A stretch of DNA of 64,000 nucleotides from the human T2T-CHM13v2.0 reference genome, Homo sapiens. The stretch lies in assembly GCF_009914755.1 (NCBI RefSeq), contig NC_060945.1, one strand, 5' to 3'. The translations under genes and the position numbers were made by a program. This document shows, in pieces, positions 14,009-28,320 of this stretch. The notes under the pieces are model-generated. The model did no database searches. It was not told the DNA's origin and worked only from the letters and a program-made list of their open reading frames with translations. The stretch's first letter is position 1. Every line of letters starts with the position of its first letter.

Positions 14009-15404
14009 ATAACGATATCCAGGTTTCCCAGCACCATTTATTGAAGAGACTATCCATTTCCCAAGATGTTCTTGGTATGTTTGCTGAAAACAAATTGGGT
14101 ATAAATGTGTGAATTTATTTCTAGGTTCTCTATTTTCTTCCGTTAATCTACATGCCTTTTTTAATGAGAGTACCATGCTGTTTTCATTACTATTGCTTTG
14201 TCGTATATTTTGAAGTTAGATAGTGTGATGTCTCCAGCTTTGTAATTTTTGCTCAGGATTGCTTTGGCTATTCGAGGTCTTTTGTAGCTCCATATAAATA
14301 TTAGGATTTCTTTTTCTATTTCTGTGAAGAATGTCAATTTTTTGATAGAGTTTCCATTAAATCTGTAGATCATTTTGGGTAGTATGGACATTTTAACAAT
14401 ATTAATTCTTCCAATCAGTGAAAATGGACATCTTTCTCTTTTTTGTGTGTTTTCTTAAATTTCTTTCATCAGTATTTTACAGTTTTTCTTGTAGACATCT
14501 TTCGCTTCTTTGGTTAAATTGATTAGTAAGCATTTTATTTTTTGTACCTATTGAAATGGGATTGCTTTCTTGATTTCTTTATCAGATTGGTTGCTGTTGA
14601 CATACTAGTGATTTTTGCATGTTAATTTGGAATCCTGCAACTGTACTGAATTTGCTTATCATTTCTAACACTTTTTTGGTGAACTCTTTAGGATTTTCTG
14701 AATAGAATCTCATGTATTCTGCAAACAAGGGCAATTTGGCTTCTTGTTTAATTTGGATGTTCTTTTTTTTTTCTTTTGTCTAATTGCTCTGGCTACGATT
14801 TCCAATAACATATTGACTAAAAGTTGGTGAAGTGAACATCTTTGTCTTGTTCCAAATATTAGAGAAGAGGCTTTCATTTTTTTTCCCATTTTGTATGATG
14901 TCAGCTATAGGTTTGTCATAGATGGCCTGTATTGCTTTGAGGTATATTTCTTCTGTACCAGTTTGTTGAGAAGTTTTATGATAAAAAATGTTAAATTTTA
15001 TCAAATGCTTTTAAAATATCTATTGGAATAATTGTATGTTTTCTGTTTGGGCAAACTTTTTTTGAGTGAGACCTCAAAAGCATAGGCAAAAGAGCAAAAT
15101 TTGACAAATGCTATTATATCAACCTAAAAAGCTTCTGTACAGCAATGGAAACAATAGAGTGAAGCAACTACCTACAGAGAGGGAGAAAATATTCTTAAGT
15201 TATTCATCTCTCAAGGGATTAATAAACAGAATAAATGACAGTCAAACAACTCAATAGCAATATAAATAAAAATAATCAAGTTTAAAATAAGCAAAATACT
15301 AGAATAGACATTTCTCAAAAGAAGACATACAAATGGCCAACAGGTATATGAAAATATGTTGAACATGGCTAATCATCAGGCAAATGCATATCACAACCAC
15401 AAGG

Positions 15405-15728
<324 letters not shown>

Positions 15729-16547
15729 CACAAGGAGATATTATCTCACCCCAGTTAAAAATGAATATTGTCAAATACACAGAAAATAACAGATGCCAAT
15801 AGGGATGCGGGAAAAAGAGGGAGAAAGGAATACTCATTGACTGTTGTTGGGAATGCAAATTAGTACAGCAACTATGAAAAACAGTAACAAGATTCTTCAA
15901 AAAACTAAAAATAGAATCGCCATACGATCCAGTAATTTCACTGCTGGATACATATTCAAAACAAAAGAAATTAGTATATTGAAGAGATATCTGCATTCTC
16001 ATGTTTACTGCAGCATTATTCACAATAATCAAGATATGGAATCAAATTTAATGTCCTTCAATGGATGAGTGGATAAAGAAAATATGGTATGTGTACACAC
16101 TGGGATATTATTCAACCATAAAAAGTGAAATTCTGTGATTTACAGCAACATGTATAGAATCGGAGGTCATGTTAAGTGAAATAAGCCAGGCTCAGAAAGA
16201 CAAACACGACATGCTTTTACTTATATTTAAAGCTAAAAAGTGGATCTCACAAAATTACTGAGTGAAATGGTGGTTACCAGAGACTGGGAAGAGAGTGTAG
16301 AGGGAGAAATGAGAAGAGGTTGGTTAATGAGTATAAAAATACAAGTAGATGGAATATGTTCTAGTGTTTGATAGTACAATAGGGTGACTATAGTTAACAA
16401 GAATGTACAGTATTTCAAAATAGCTAGAGGAGAAGATTAGCAATGTTCCAAACACAAAGAAATCATTTGAGGTGATGGATATTCTGCTTACCATAATATG
16501 ATCATTACATATCATTTGTGTACATAAAAATATTACCTATACCCCAT

Positions 16548-16952
16548 TGTGTTAGTATGTTTTGCATTGCTATAAAGGAATACCTGAGGCTGGATAGTTT
16601 ATACAGAAAGAGGTCATTTGGCTTATGGCTCTGCAGGTTGTACAAGAAGCATGGTGCCGGCATCTGCTCAGCTTCTGGTGAGGCCTCAGGAAGCTTTTAT
16701 TCACGGAGAAAGGCAAGGGGGAGTCAGTGTGTCACATGGTGAGAGAGAGCAAGAGAGAGAGAAAGAGGGGCCAGACTTTTTAACAATCAGATCTCATGCT
16801 AAGTAATAGAGCAAGAGATCATTATTACTACAGGGACAGCACAAAGCCATTAATGAGGAATCTAACCTCATCACCCAAACACCTCCCCATCTCCAATGTT
16901 GGGAATCAATTTTCAACATGAGATTTGGAGGACAAATATCCAAACTATATCA
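16548..16952 (-). mobile_element. MST (MSTA/MSTB) MaLR solo LTR
   Basis: TGTGTTAGT...TTGCTATAAAGGAATACCTGAGGCTGG...CAACATGAGATTTGGAGGACAAATATCCAAACTATATCA; TSD CCCAT/TCCAT. Confidence 0.9.
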
Positions 16953-17453
16953 TCCATAAATAGGTATTAGTATTAATAAAAAGTAAAGTAAATAAATATA
17001 ATTTGTTTTGAAAAATAGAAGAAAATAAACCTAATGCCAGGAATTTTACAATCATCTTTCTGAAAGACATGTGATAAACACAATTTTTTCAAAGATGCTT
17101 CAGAAAATAATAGAACACTGCATATGGGGGAATGAATATAATAATGACAACAGATTTATTAGAAATAGTACATGCAAAAAACATTGGAGAATATTTTTTA
17201 AATGCTGGAAAAAGAACTATCAAACTAGAATTCTATATCATGTATGTGTTTATATGTGTGTGTGTAAAAATATATGTATGCAACGTAGGTAAACAAGTGA
17301 GGTAAAGACAGTTTTAGAGAAAAGAAAAGCTAAGAGAATTTACTACCAGCATACCTACAGTACAAGAAAAAGTAAAGGAAATTCTACAGGCAGAAATTAA
17401 ATAATTAGGTGGAAACTTGAAACCTTATAATGGAATGAATACTGCACTAAATT

Positions 17454-17494
<41 letters not shown>

Positions 17495-17512
17495 TACATA
17501 CATACATACATA
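17454..17512. repeat. (TA)n(CA)n(TACA)n compound microsatellite
   Basis: Direct reading. Confidence 0.95.
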
Positions 17513-18593
17513 TAATTTGTATTTTTTTATTTTTAAAATAATTTTTTTCTGTCAGCATAGTAATACCATTTCATGTATTTATAATACATGATAACAATAG
17601 CAAACAGGAAAAAAATGAGAGGAAAGAATATGAAAGGATGTTGTGGAAAAGTCTTTTCATTAAGTGAGTGCTATTTTGTTTCTTGGGAATAGATTTTAAA
17701 TATTAAAAATACATATTGGAAAATCAAGCACTATAGCTAATAAGAGAGTAATTATAAAACAGTACATTTTAAAAAGCTAACCTATTCCCAAATGAATTAG
17801 GAATGGCAGGGGAAATGAACAATTAATACTGGGACAAATAGAAAATAAATAGCAAGATGCTATATTAAAATCAATACTATCAATAATTACGTTAAATGTA
17901 AGTGGGCTAAATACTTCAATTTAAAGGTCAATATTATCAGAATGGGTAAAAGAAACTAGATCCAAATACATGCTATTTGCAAGGAAAAGACCATTTAAAG
18001 GCAAAATTAATATTATAGTGAAAGATTCAAAAAGATGGGTGATAGGAACACTAATTTTTAAAAAACTGGTATAGTTATATTATTATTAAAATAGGCTACC
18101 AATAAAATAATAATGTCCAGATAAAGGGAAATATTTTATTATTATAAAATGGCTACTTGATTATGAAATTATGTTTTTCAATTGTCTACATAATAATAGA
18201 CTTTTGAAATATGCAGTTAAAATTTCATAGAAATTGAAGGAGAAATCACGATAGAGACTTTGGAACACTAAATTTAACAAAAACAGCGTGGTTACGAGTG
18301 AACTGGCACTCACATACATTGCTGGTGGGAAAGTAAAATGTTACAGCCACTTTGGAAAGTAATATGTTTGTCTCCTGTAAATATAATTAAACAACATTTT
18401 ACTAAGCTATTTCACTTCTATAGGTATCAATCCAAGAGAAATGACAATCTTTGTCCACACAAATATTTTATGTCAAATATTTATAGCAATATTATTCATA
18501 TCCCCAAATCAGTAATAATAAAGTAATTATTAACTGAAAAATTGATAAACAATTTGTGGATACGCAATGAGATACTGCTAAACAAGTAAAAAG

Positions 18594-18795
18594 AGGGAGA
18601 AGGAGGGAGAGGGACAAGGAGGGAGAGGGACATGGGTTGGAAAACTAACTATCGGATGCTATGCTTACTACCTGGTAACTGGATCAGTCGTATCCGAAAC
18701 TTCAGCATCACACAGTATACCCATGTAAGAAGTCTGCACATGTATCCCCTGAATCTAAAATAGAGGTTGAAATTATTTAAAAAAAATAAAAATAA
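18594..18795 (+). mobile_element. L1PA15-17-like 3' end inserted into older L1M
   Basis: GGTTGGAAAACTAACTATCGG...CAGCATCACACAGTATACCCATGTAA...CTGCACATGTATCCCCTGAATCTAAAATA plus A tail. Confidence 0.8.
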
Positions 18796-19242
18796 GCAAA
18801 TTACTTATATATGCATCAACATAGATGAATGCAGAAACTTTATACTAAGTAAAATAAGACATGTACAAAACAGATAAGCACAAACAAAAACTGTTTATAT
18901 GTATGATGATTCCATTTGTAAGACATTTTGCAGAAGACAAAACTAAAAATAAGAGTGACTTAGCGGTTGCAACTGGTTAAAGGTGGAGGCAAGGTTGGAC
19001 TGGTTGCAAACAGCATAAGAAAATGTATTTTACTGACGGAAATTTGTTATATTTACATGGGGCGATGGTTATATGATTGCATACATTTACCAGAATATAT
19101 TGACATCTCTACCTTTAAAAAGTCCATGGACGTCTGTGTAAATTATACCCCCAAAAATCTGGCCCCCAAAAATTAAACATTTTTGTAAGACTAATATTCT
19201 TTTTACTACTTCTTTTTCTGGGCTGTAATTTTGTGGGTTTTT

Positions 19243-19520
19243 CTTTCATTTTTTAATTTTTAATTATTATGGGTACCTAATAGTTGTATATACTTGTGGG
19301 GTATATGTGACGTTTTGAAACAAGCATACAATGGGTAATGATCAAATCAGGGTAACTGGAGTAACCATCACCTCAAGCATTTAACATTTATTTTTGTTGG
19401 CACAATTCCAAATCTCCTCTAGCTATTTTGAAATATACCATAATTCTTGTTAACTATAGTTGCCCAATTTTGCTACCAAACACTAAATCACATTTATTCT
19501 ATCTAACTGTATTTTTGTAC
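19243..19520 (-). mobile_element. L1MA 3' end, 5'-truncated
   Basis: TGGGTACCTAATAGTTGTATAT...AATGATCAAATCAGGGTAACTGG...GTTAACTATAG; possible TSD TTGTGGGTTTT/TTGTTGGTTTT. Confidence 0.85.
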
Positions 19521-19844
19521 TTGTTGGTTTTGGCATGTACTTATAGTAGTCCTTGCTTTAGGCCCACCTGATAAGCTAACTATGAGAAAAATTAGAGGAT
19601 AATCCTTTGTCTTTAGAGATATCATTATGTCATTCATATAATAGCAAACATCATGCATTTAATATCTTTAAATATGATTCTTGCTTAAGAGTTATAGTCT
19701 TTTCAACATTTGATTAATATGATGCAATTTGCGGTTTGTATTAATATTATATTAAATGTAGAATGCTAAAACATTAAAGTAAAATAGCATTTCTAATATT
19801 TGCTACACATACATTAACATCTTCTCAAACTAACCAAAACATAA

Positions 19845-20232
<388 letters not shown>

Positions 20233-20717
20233 CAGACTATTTTTATAACACTCGGAATAGTCTTTGGAAACTAAATGATGTATATCAAAACTCAATTCAT
20301 ATATTGACATGGCTGTGGGCTTGATCCCTAAACATCAGTTCATATAATGTCTCTTTGCCTTAGTTTATTCATATGTTCCAGGTGCTTTTACTATATTTCT
20401 CTTCAAAATTTACCATTGATAGACATATAAAGACTAAATCCCTTAATTTACAACACTGAACAACATACAATTAGACCTCAATTCTCATTCCAAGTCTGTA
20501 AATTTCTCCAATCTCTAACAACTCTTCTATTCATAATAAACAGATATTTCTTATGATTTCCTTGAATTATTATTTTATTAGTGCCATTTTCTTTACATTT
20601 TTCTACCAATTGTTTTTCAAATTTCAAACATACTTTAAGGAACACTGAAGTCTTAGATTCTTTGGAAAGCATTGCTTTGTGTTGTTTTGTTCTTATTCAA
20701 AAAATTGGCACTATAAC

Positions 20718-23700
20718 CAGAAGTGGATTTACCATGAGGCCAAGAATGAGTTGGAACTCTATAAGAAGTCGCAGTCATTGCACCAACCCTGGGAAGGGCT
20801 TTAGCAACATATTCACCTGATCATATGCTTTGTACACATTGCAAAAATTAAATATAATAAACAGAATTTCTTAACATTGCAGCCTTTTCCACTGGAACTT
20901 TCATCCTTTGCTTTTCCCACCTTTAGCATGGGCAATTTTGGGATTAGAAAAGGGAAACATGAATTGAGGGTATAGTTAGTATATTTAGTTCAGGTTTAGT
21001 GTAGTTGTAGTCATTTTTTTAAATTCCAATTGAATTTACTTTGTATCTCTAAATTGTCAAACAAAAATTGTGCAGACTTAAGGTGTAGCTCATGATGAGA
21101 TATATAGATGATAATAACCATACTCGGCATGTTATGTAATAGATCTCTTACATTTATTTCTCCTGTTTAACTGCAAATTTATACCCTTTGACCAACATTG
21201 TCCCAATCTGCAACTCCCCAGCCCATGGAAACCACAGTTCTACTCTCTGCTTATATGAGTTTGACTTTTTTAGATTCTGTACATAAGTGAGATCATGCGG
21301 TATTTCTCTTCCTGAGTCTAGCTTTTTTCACTTAACATAATGCCTTCCAAGTTGACCCATATTATCACAAATGATATGATTTCCTTATTTTTAAGGATAG
21401 TTTATACTTTATTTTGTATATATACCCTATTTTCTTTTCCCATATAGCCATTGATGGACACTTGAATTGTATTGTGAATAGTGCTGCAATAAACATGGGA
21501 GTTTATTGAATTGTATTGTGAATAGAGCTGCGATAAACAATGGAGTGCAGACATATCTTGAACATGCTGGTTTCTTTTTCTTTGTATATATACCCAGGAC
21601 TGGGATTGCTGGATCATACGGTTGTTCTATTTTGAATTTTTTGAGGAACATCCATAATGGCTGTACTAATTTACACTTCCACCAATAGTATACAGGAGTT
21701 CTCTTTTTCCACATTCTTATCAACATTTATTTGATTTTGTTTTTTGATAATAGCCATTCTATCAGGTGTAGCGTGACATCTGATTGTAGTTTTAATTTGC
21801 ATTTTCCTGATGATTAGTAATGTTGAACATTTTTTAAAATACACCTATTGGTAATTTGTATGTCATCTTTTGAGAAGTGTCTATTCAAATCCTGTCCTTT
21901 GTTTTTTTTCCTACAAATCAAGTTGTTTTCTTACTACCGAATTCAGTTGCTTTTATATTTTGCACATTAACACTTTATCAGAGGTATGGTTTGCAAATGT
22001 TTTCTCTTATATTTAGGTTGTCTCTTCCCTGTGTTAATTGTTTTCTTGGACGTGCAGAAGCTTTTTAGTTTGACGTAATGTTATTTGTTTAGTTTTGCCT
22101 TTGTTGCCTGTTCTGTTTGAGTCATATCCGAAAACATCTTTGCCCAGATTAATATTATGAAGTTTTTCTCCTGTTTTCTTCTACTAGTTTTACAAGTTTA
22201 GGTTTTACATTTAAGTCTTTAATTTATTTTGAGTTGTTTCTACAAGATGTCAGATAAAAGTCTAACTTCATTCATCTTCATGGGAATATTTAGTTTTCCT
22301 CAGACCATTTATGGAAGAGACTTTCCTTCCCCCGTTGTGTGTTTTGGCATCTTTGTCAAAAATCTACTGCTTGTAAATGTGTGGATTTATTTCTGGTCTC
22401 TCTAATCTGTTTCATTGGTCTATGCATCTGTTTTTATGTCAGTACTATGCTGTTTAAGTTACTATAGACTTCTCCTATATTTTAAAATTAGGTAGAGTGT
22501 AATGCCTCCAGCTTTTTTTTTTTCCTCAAGAGTTTCTTGGCTACTGGGTGTCCTTTGTTGTTCCATATGAATGACAGAATTATTTTTTATTTATATGGAA
22601 ATGGCATTGAAATTTCGATAGAGTTCTTTCACCACTTTGGTTAAGTTTATTTCCAAGTAGTTTTCAAGCTATTATAAATGGGATTGTTTTCTTAATTTCT
22701 CTTTTGTATAGTTTGCTGTTAGTGTACAAAAATACTACTAATTGTTGTATGTTGATTTTGTGTCCTGTGACTTTACTTAATTCATTTATTAGACCTAACA
22801 TTTTTTTCTCTGGAGTCTTTGGGGGGTCCTATATACAAGATCATGGGGGTCTGAAAAAAGAGAGAATTTTGCCTCTTTCTTTTCAATTTGGATGCCTTTT
22901 ATTTCTTTTTCTTACTTAATTTTTCTTATTAGGACTTTCAGAACTATGCTGAGTAGACATAGCAAGTGTGGGCATCTTTTGTCTTATTTTTGATGTTACT
23001 TGAAAATCTTTCAACTTTTCGCCTTGAGGATAATTTTATCTGTTGACTTGTCATATGGCCTTTATTGTGCTGAGGTACATTTCTTCTACGTATAATTTTT
23101 TAGAGTTTTTATTATGAAAGGATGTTGAATTTTGTCAAATACTTTTTTTGCATCTATTGAGATGACAACATGGTTTTTGTCCTTCATTCTGTTAAGGTAG
23201 TGTATCATATTTATTGATTTACATATGTTCAACCATCCTTGCCTCCCAAGAATAAATCCCAGCTAGTCATGGTGAATGATCCTTCTAATATGCTGTTGAA
23301 TTTGGCTTGTTAGTATTTTGTTGAAGATTTTTGCATTTATGTTCATCAGAGATATTGGCCTGTAGTTATTTTGTAACCATATCCACATTCAGCTTTGGTA
23401 TATAGGTAATGCTGGCCTTGTAAAATGAGGCTGGAAGTGTTCCTTCCTCTTTACTTTTTTCTTTTTTCTTCTCTTTTTTTTTTTTTGGAAGAGTTTAAGG
23501 ATTAGTGTTAATTCTTCTTTAGAAGTTTAGTAGAATTTAGCAGTGAAGCCATGAGGTCCTGGGCTTTACTTTGATGGGAGACTTTTTATTACTGGTTCAA
23601 TTTTCTTGTTCTTTATCAGTCTGTTCAGATTTTCTGTTTCTTCATAACTTATTCTTGGTAGGCTGCATGTTTCTAGGAATTTATTCATTTCTTCTAGTTT

Positions 23701-24420
23701 ATCTAATTTGATGGCATATAATTGTTCATACTTTGTTCATAGTTTCTAAATATGAAACTGTTCACTTACATTTTTAGCTAAATTGTGACTAGTTATCCAG
23801 ATGCTATTACTGCTCATGGTGTGGACTCTTCTGCCACTTTGACATGGAGCTACAAGGTCAGAAGTTTTGTGAGAATGTGTCTTATGTGAGTAGTTAAGGT
23901 GAAAAAAAATGTTTTAAGTTCACAGACACAGATGTCAATCTGTGAAAAATTATTTCAGATCATTTATTTTATATGTGATGAAGGCACAGTAGAGATCTTC
24001 TTAAAGTTGACAAAAATCCCCAACTCTTACATCGTTATCAATAATAGATGAGAAAATAAATCTGCCAATAAAAAATCTTGCCAAATCTAAGATATTTTTA
24101 CTTTCTCTATAAAGATGCTATTACAAAATCTTTATCATATGAAAAAGATCAAGGGCAATATAGCCAAAAATACATATAAAGTATGTTATTACAGCTATGT
24201 GTCCAGCAGTCCTTTAATAAACATAAAAATATATGCTTCTGCTTCTGGTAATTTTTATCTTTTTTAAAAATGTGTAATTAATTACGTAATTAATCATTTT
24301 TTTCTCTCAAGATAAATATTCATGTTTTAATCTAGTTTTGCATTCTTAATTTTGTATTTTTTTAAGTGGAACGCCAAAGTGTATAAGCTTCAGGTCCTAT
24401 AAATCCTGGATATGCCTATG
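20718..24420 (+). mobile_element. Arthur1-type (hAT-Tip100) DNA transposon fossil split by an L1
   Basis: 5' end CAGAAGTGGATTTACCATGA...TAGCAACATATTCACCTGATCATATG (20718-~21012); 3' end GTATAAGCTTCAGGTCCTATAAATCCTGGATATGCCTATG (~23740-24420). Confidence 0.7.
21015..23730 (-). mobile_element. L1MA (MA7/8-like), ~2.7 kb 3' portion
   Basis: Continuous antisense L1 3'UTR and ORF2 text (TTTAGATTC...ATAAGTGAGATCATGCGGTATT; GTTCATCAGAGATATTGGCCTGTAG; GAAGCCATGAGGTCCTGGGCTTT). Confidence 0.9.
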
Positions 24421-24504
24421 TACCCTCTAGTAGATGACATCTTTGTATCCTTTCTTTTCTAGCTTAGAATTAAATAGACAAGGATAAATGTATATTTAGA
24501 TCCA

Positions 24505-24690
24505 AGTAATTAACCAAGGAACTACTATGTGCTAAACATACGCTAAAGTCCTTCACAAATTGTTTGTTTAGTCCTACAACAAGCATATTATAATACTCAT
24601 TTTAAAGGTAAAGAAACTGAGACTCAGTGAGTTGAATTGTGTTCCAGTATCACAGAAGAAGAGTGTCACACGGAATAGAGAATGGCAAAG
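24505..24690 (-). mobile_element. MIR
   Basis: CTACTATGTGCTAAAC...CATTTTAAAGGTAAAGAAACTGAGACTCAGTGAGTTGAAT, the antisense MIR core. Confidence 0.75.
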
Positions 24691-25304
24691 CAAGTCATAA
24701 TATATAACATTTTTTAAGAGTTCAGATGTACCCAATACTACACTGGATTCAGACCACATTTTTTTTAATGCACATTCTCTAGTAAAGGACACAAAAATTT
24801 AAACAAATAAACACATTGGCATCACAAGTACTTTAACAGAACTACCTACGAGGCATAGTAGTGGTATAAAGACTAAAGTATTTAACCTAGGGGCTAAAGT
24901 TAGAAAATGTGTGATAGTAGTCAATTTTTTTGCACTATTCTTATAATGTGAATAAGATTTTAATGGGTATGAAGTTGAAAATTATCAAACCTAATAAAGG
25001 AAACAGCAAAATTGTATTAGGTCATATGGTATTTTTTGGAAATATTAAGCTCCTGGCTATGAGAGCAGAGGGTAAAACTTTGAGGGTTTTTAGGAATGTA
25101 GGAGCAGAAATGAGCAGCAACTTGGAGGATAGTGGGCTGGATATGGTCAAAGAAAATGAAGAGCAAAGCGTTACAATTTTGGCCAACAAAGTCAGTGACA
25201 GAAGTGATGGACCCACACAGAAAATGATGTTTCCCTGTCCGTACTCTTAGGGAACACACGCAGGCAAGCATGAAACAAAGAAAGTGGGAAACATGGGTCC
25301 TCAT

Positions 25305-26000
<696 letters not shown>

Positions 26001-26207
26001 TTTATCATGATCATTCTTTTTTTTTCTCTATAGAAATCCTATAATACTGTTTATATAATTTCTAAGATGCACCAATCTACTCAAGCGACAATATGACTTG
26101 TACAATTCTATGGCTTTGATTGACATTCTGGATAGGAATAGGCTAGGAGGAAGGGAAAAAGAGAATGGTATATTCCCTTTGTCCATGCCAGCTGAGTCTT
26201 TCCTTAT

Positions 26208-26560
26208 TGTCTTACACTGTTTGGGCTGCTAATCACAAAGTAGTATAGACCAGGTGGCTTGCAAACAACATCAATTTATTCCTCATAGCTCTGGAGGCGG
26301 GGACGAACTATATTAAAGTACAAGCAGATTTGGTGACTGGTGAGGGCTTACTTCATAGATCACCACTTCTTCTTGCTTAGTCCTCATGTGGCAGAAGGGT
26401 GAGGGTGTTCTCTGAGGTCTCTTTCATAAGGGCACTGATCGCATTCATGAGGGCTCCCCGTAATCACTTCCCAAAGGCCCCACTTATACATATTGTCTCA
26501 TTGGGGGTTAGGATTTCAACATATGAATTACGAGGAGACACAAACTTTGAGTTTGTAGCA
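26208..26560 (-). mobile_element. MLT1A/MLT1A0 MaLR solo LTR
   Basis: TGTCTTA...TTTGGGCTGCTA...CCCAAAGGCCCCAC...GGGGGTTAGGATTTCAACATATGAAT...TGTAGCA; TSD CTTAT/CTTTT. Confidence 0.88.
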
Positions 26561-26664
26561 CTTTTTAAAATAAAGACAAAAATACATGTCTTGAAGCCCA
26601 ACTTTCATCTTACTAACCAAAACTCCATCTGATAACCCAAGCTGCAAAAGAGTCTGAAGAGGTC

Positions 26665-26780
26665 ACGTGAACTCCATGAGGTCATGGCCTTTAACTTGTT
26701 TACCATGGCGTCCCAACGACTATGGTAGTTTTTGGAAGGTAGTAACTATGCCATAAACATATGCAAACAAATGAATATAT
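26665..26780 (+). mobile_element. L2 3' end fragment
   Basis: GTGAACTCCATGAGGTCATGGCC...CATAAACATATGCAAACAAATGAAT. Confidence 0.55.
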
Positions 26781-26979
26781 GAGCTTTCTTGTCTCCTGCA
26801 CAAAAAAAGGGCATCTGATTGTCAAGAACAAGGAAGAATATTTGTGTATGCCATTAGCAGCAGCAAACATGTATTTCCTTACTGCCCTTTAATTTTAAAC
26901 AGCATTCTATATCATGATTCAATCATCACATATATCTAGGTATTCATGGTGGACAAGAAGACTACCTATTGAAAATCTC

Positions 26980-27095
26980 TGATTCATTTTATGGAAGATG
27001 AAGTCAAGGCCTAGAGAAATGAGTTGTTCACAGTCGTATGACTAGTTAATGGCAGTCCTCAGAGAGGACTCCAACTAGAGTGTGCAGACCCCCAT
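26980..27095 (-). mobile_element. MIR fragment
   Basis: CATTTTATGGAAGATGAAGTCAAGGCCTAGAGAAATGAGTTGTTCACAGTC. Confidence 0.55.
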
Positions 27096-28224
27096 ATCAT
27101 CCTGTGAAGAACAGAAAAAGTGTGTATATCACTCTAATCCAAATAGCAGTATACCTCTCATTTCTTCTCGTCTACTTAACTGGAAAATTACATTTCCTTA
27201 TCTTTAGCTTGCCAAGTGTCCTTGATTCCCTCTCCAGCTTCCAAGCTGTGTCGTGGTTAGGCGAGAATGATGCTTTGCATTTGCAACCTTCTCGGGCTAC
27301 ATGATATATATATTCTCATATATTTTGCAGCTTCTGCTTTATTAGCTTTCAGCTGTCAGCAATGTTAAGGGAACTACAAAGATATCATTGATAATTATTT
27401 GCTGATTTTGACTTGGTTCTCCTCAGCTCTAATATTTTTAATATATCTGAGTAGAACTGTGATTTCTATATTATCCCACAGGAAATGTCACTAAATAGAT
27501 TTATGATGCTGTTCATTTCCTATTACTTATGTCAAGCCTAGTATAAAGATCTGTAAGGTGACTACTAATAGAAAATTTCTAATTCCAGTTTGGATTGTAC
27601 CAAAGTATCAGTTATATTTAGAAGAAAATGCACATGTTTTGAAAAATATTAAACAACCAAATAAAAGTTTATATCGCTTCTGTCACTGACGTAGGTGATT
27701 AATAAACATAAAATGTGTAAAATATTATAGTAATTTTAGTTCTGAATTATGTATTTGGCAGACATTTTGACATAGATATTTCAGATTTTCCCTCCAAAGA
27801 ATATAACTTATCTTAATATGAAACTTTTGAGATACTAAACAATCTTGTGAGTGAAAGAGGAAAAACTTGAGCAAAACTTTTCAGTCTGTTTCTCTCTTTA
27901 GCACTGCCATTTGAGAATGCCAATCTGGGCAAATGTGGGCTCCCCGTCTCTGTGCATAATATCACCAATAAGTCCAGGGCTTAATGGACAAGAAATCAGA
28001 GATCAAGTAGCATATAGTTTTAAAGAACCATTCTATATTATTTCAACAGAATATGCAACCTGAGAAGTTGATACATTGCAGGACAGCCAAGGTAGACTAT
28101 ATTCAGCCTTTCTAATCAAATCACATAACTATCCAACCTCAGTGGAATATGGCTTTCTCCCTGTACATAGTGTTCATTAAGGTAAATGAATAGCTTTCAG
28201 AGCATCTCTCATGGAACTACATTT

Positions 28225-28320
28225 TATATATATGTACATATCATGTATGTGTATATATCCATTGTATGTATGTATGTATATATCCATCCATATATATGTA
28301 TGCATATGGATGAATATATA
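28225..28320. repeat. (TA/TG)-rich low-complexity repeat
   Basis: TATATATATGTACATATCATGTATGTGTATATATCC... Confidence 0.8.

Larger units (their letters stand above)
17000..19180 (+). mobile_element. Old L1M (ORF1 end, start of ORF2, deletion, then 3'UTR)
   Basis: CAAACTAGAATTCTATATC, TTAAATGTAAGTGGGCTAAATACTTCAATTTAAAGG (ORF2 start), CATACATTGCTGGTGGGAAAGTAAAATG, and 3'UTR ending GTAAATTATACCCC. Confidence 0.75.
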
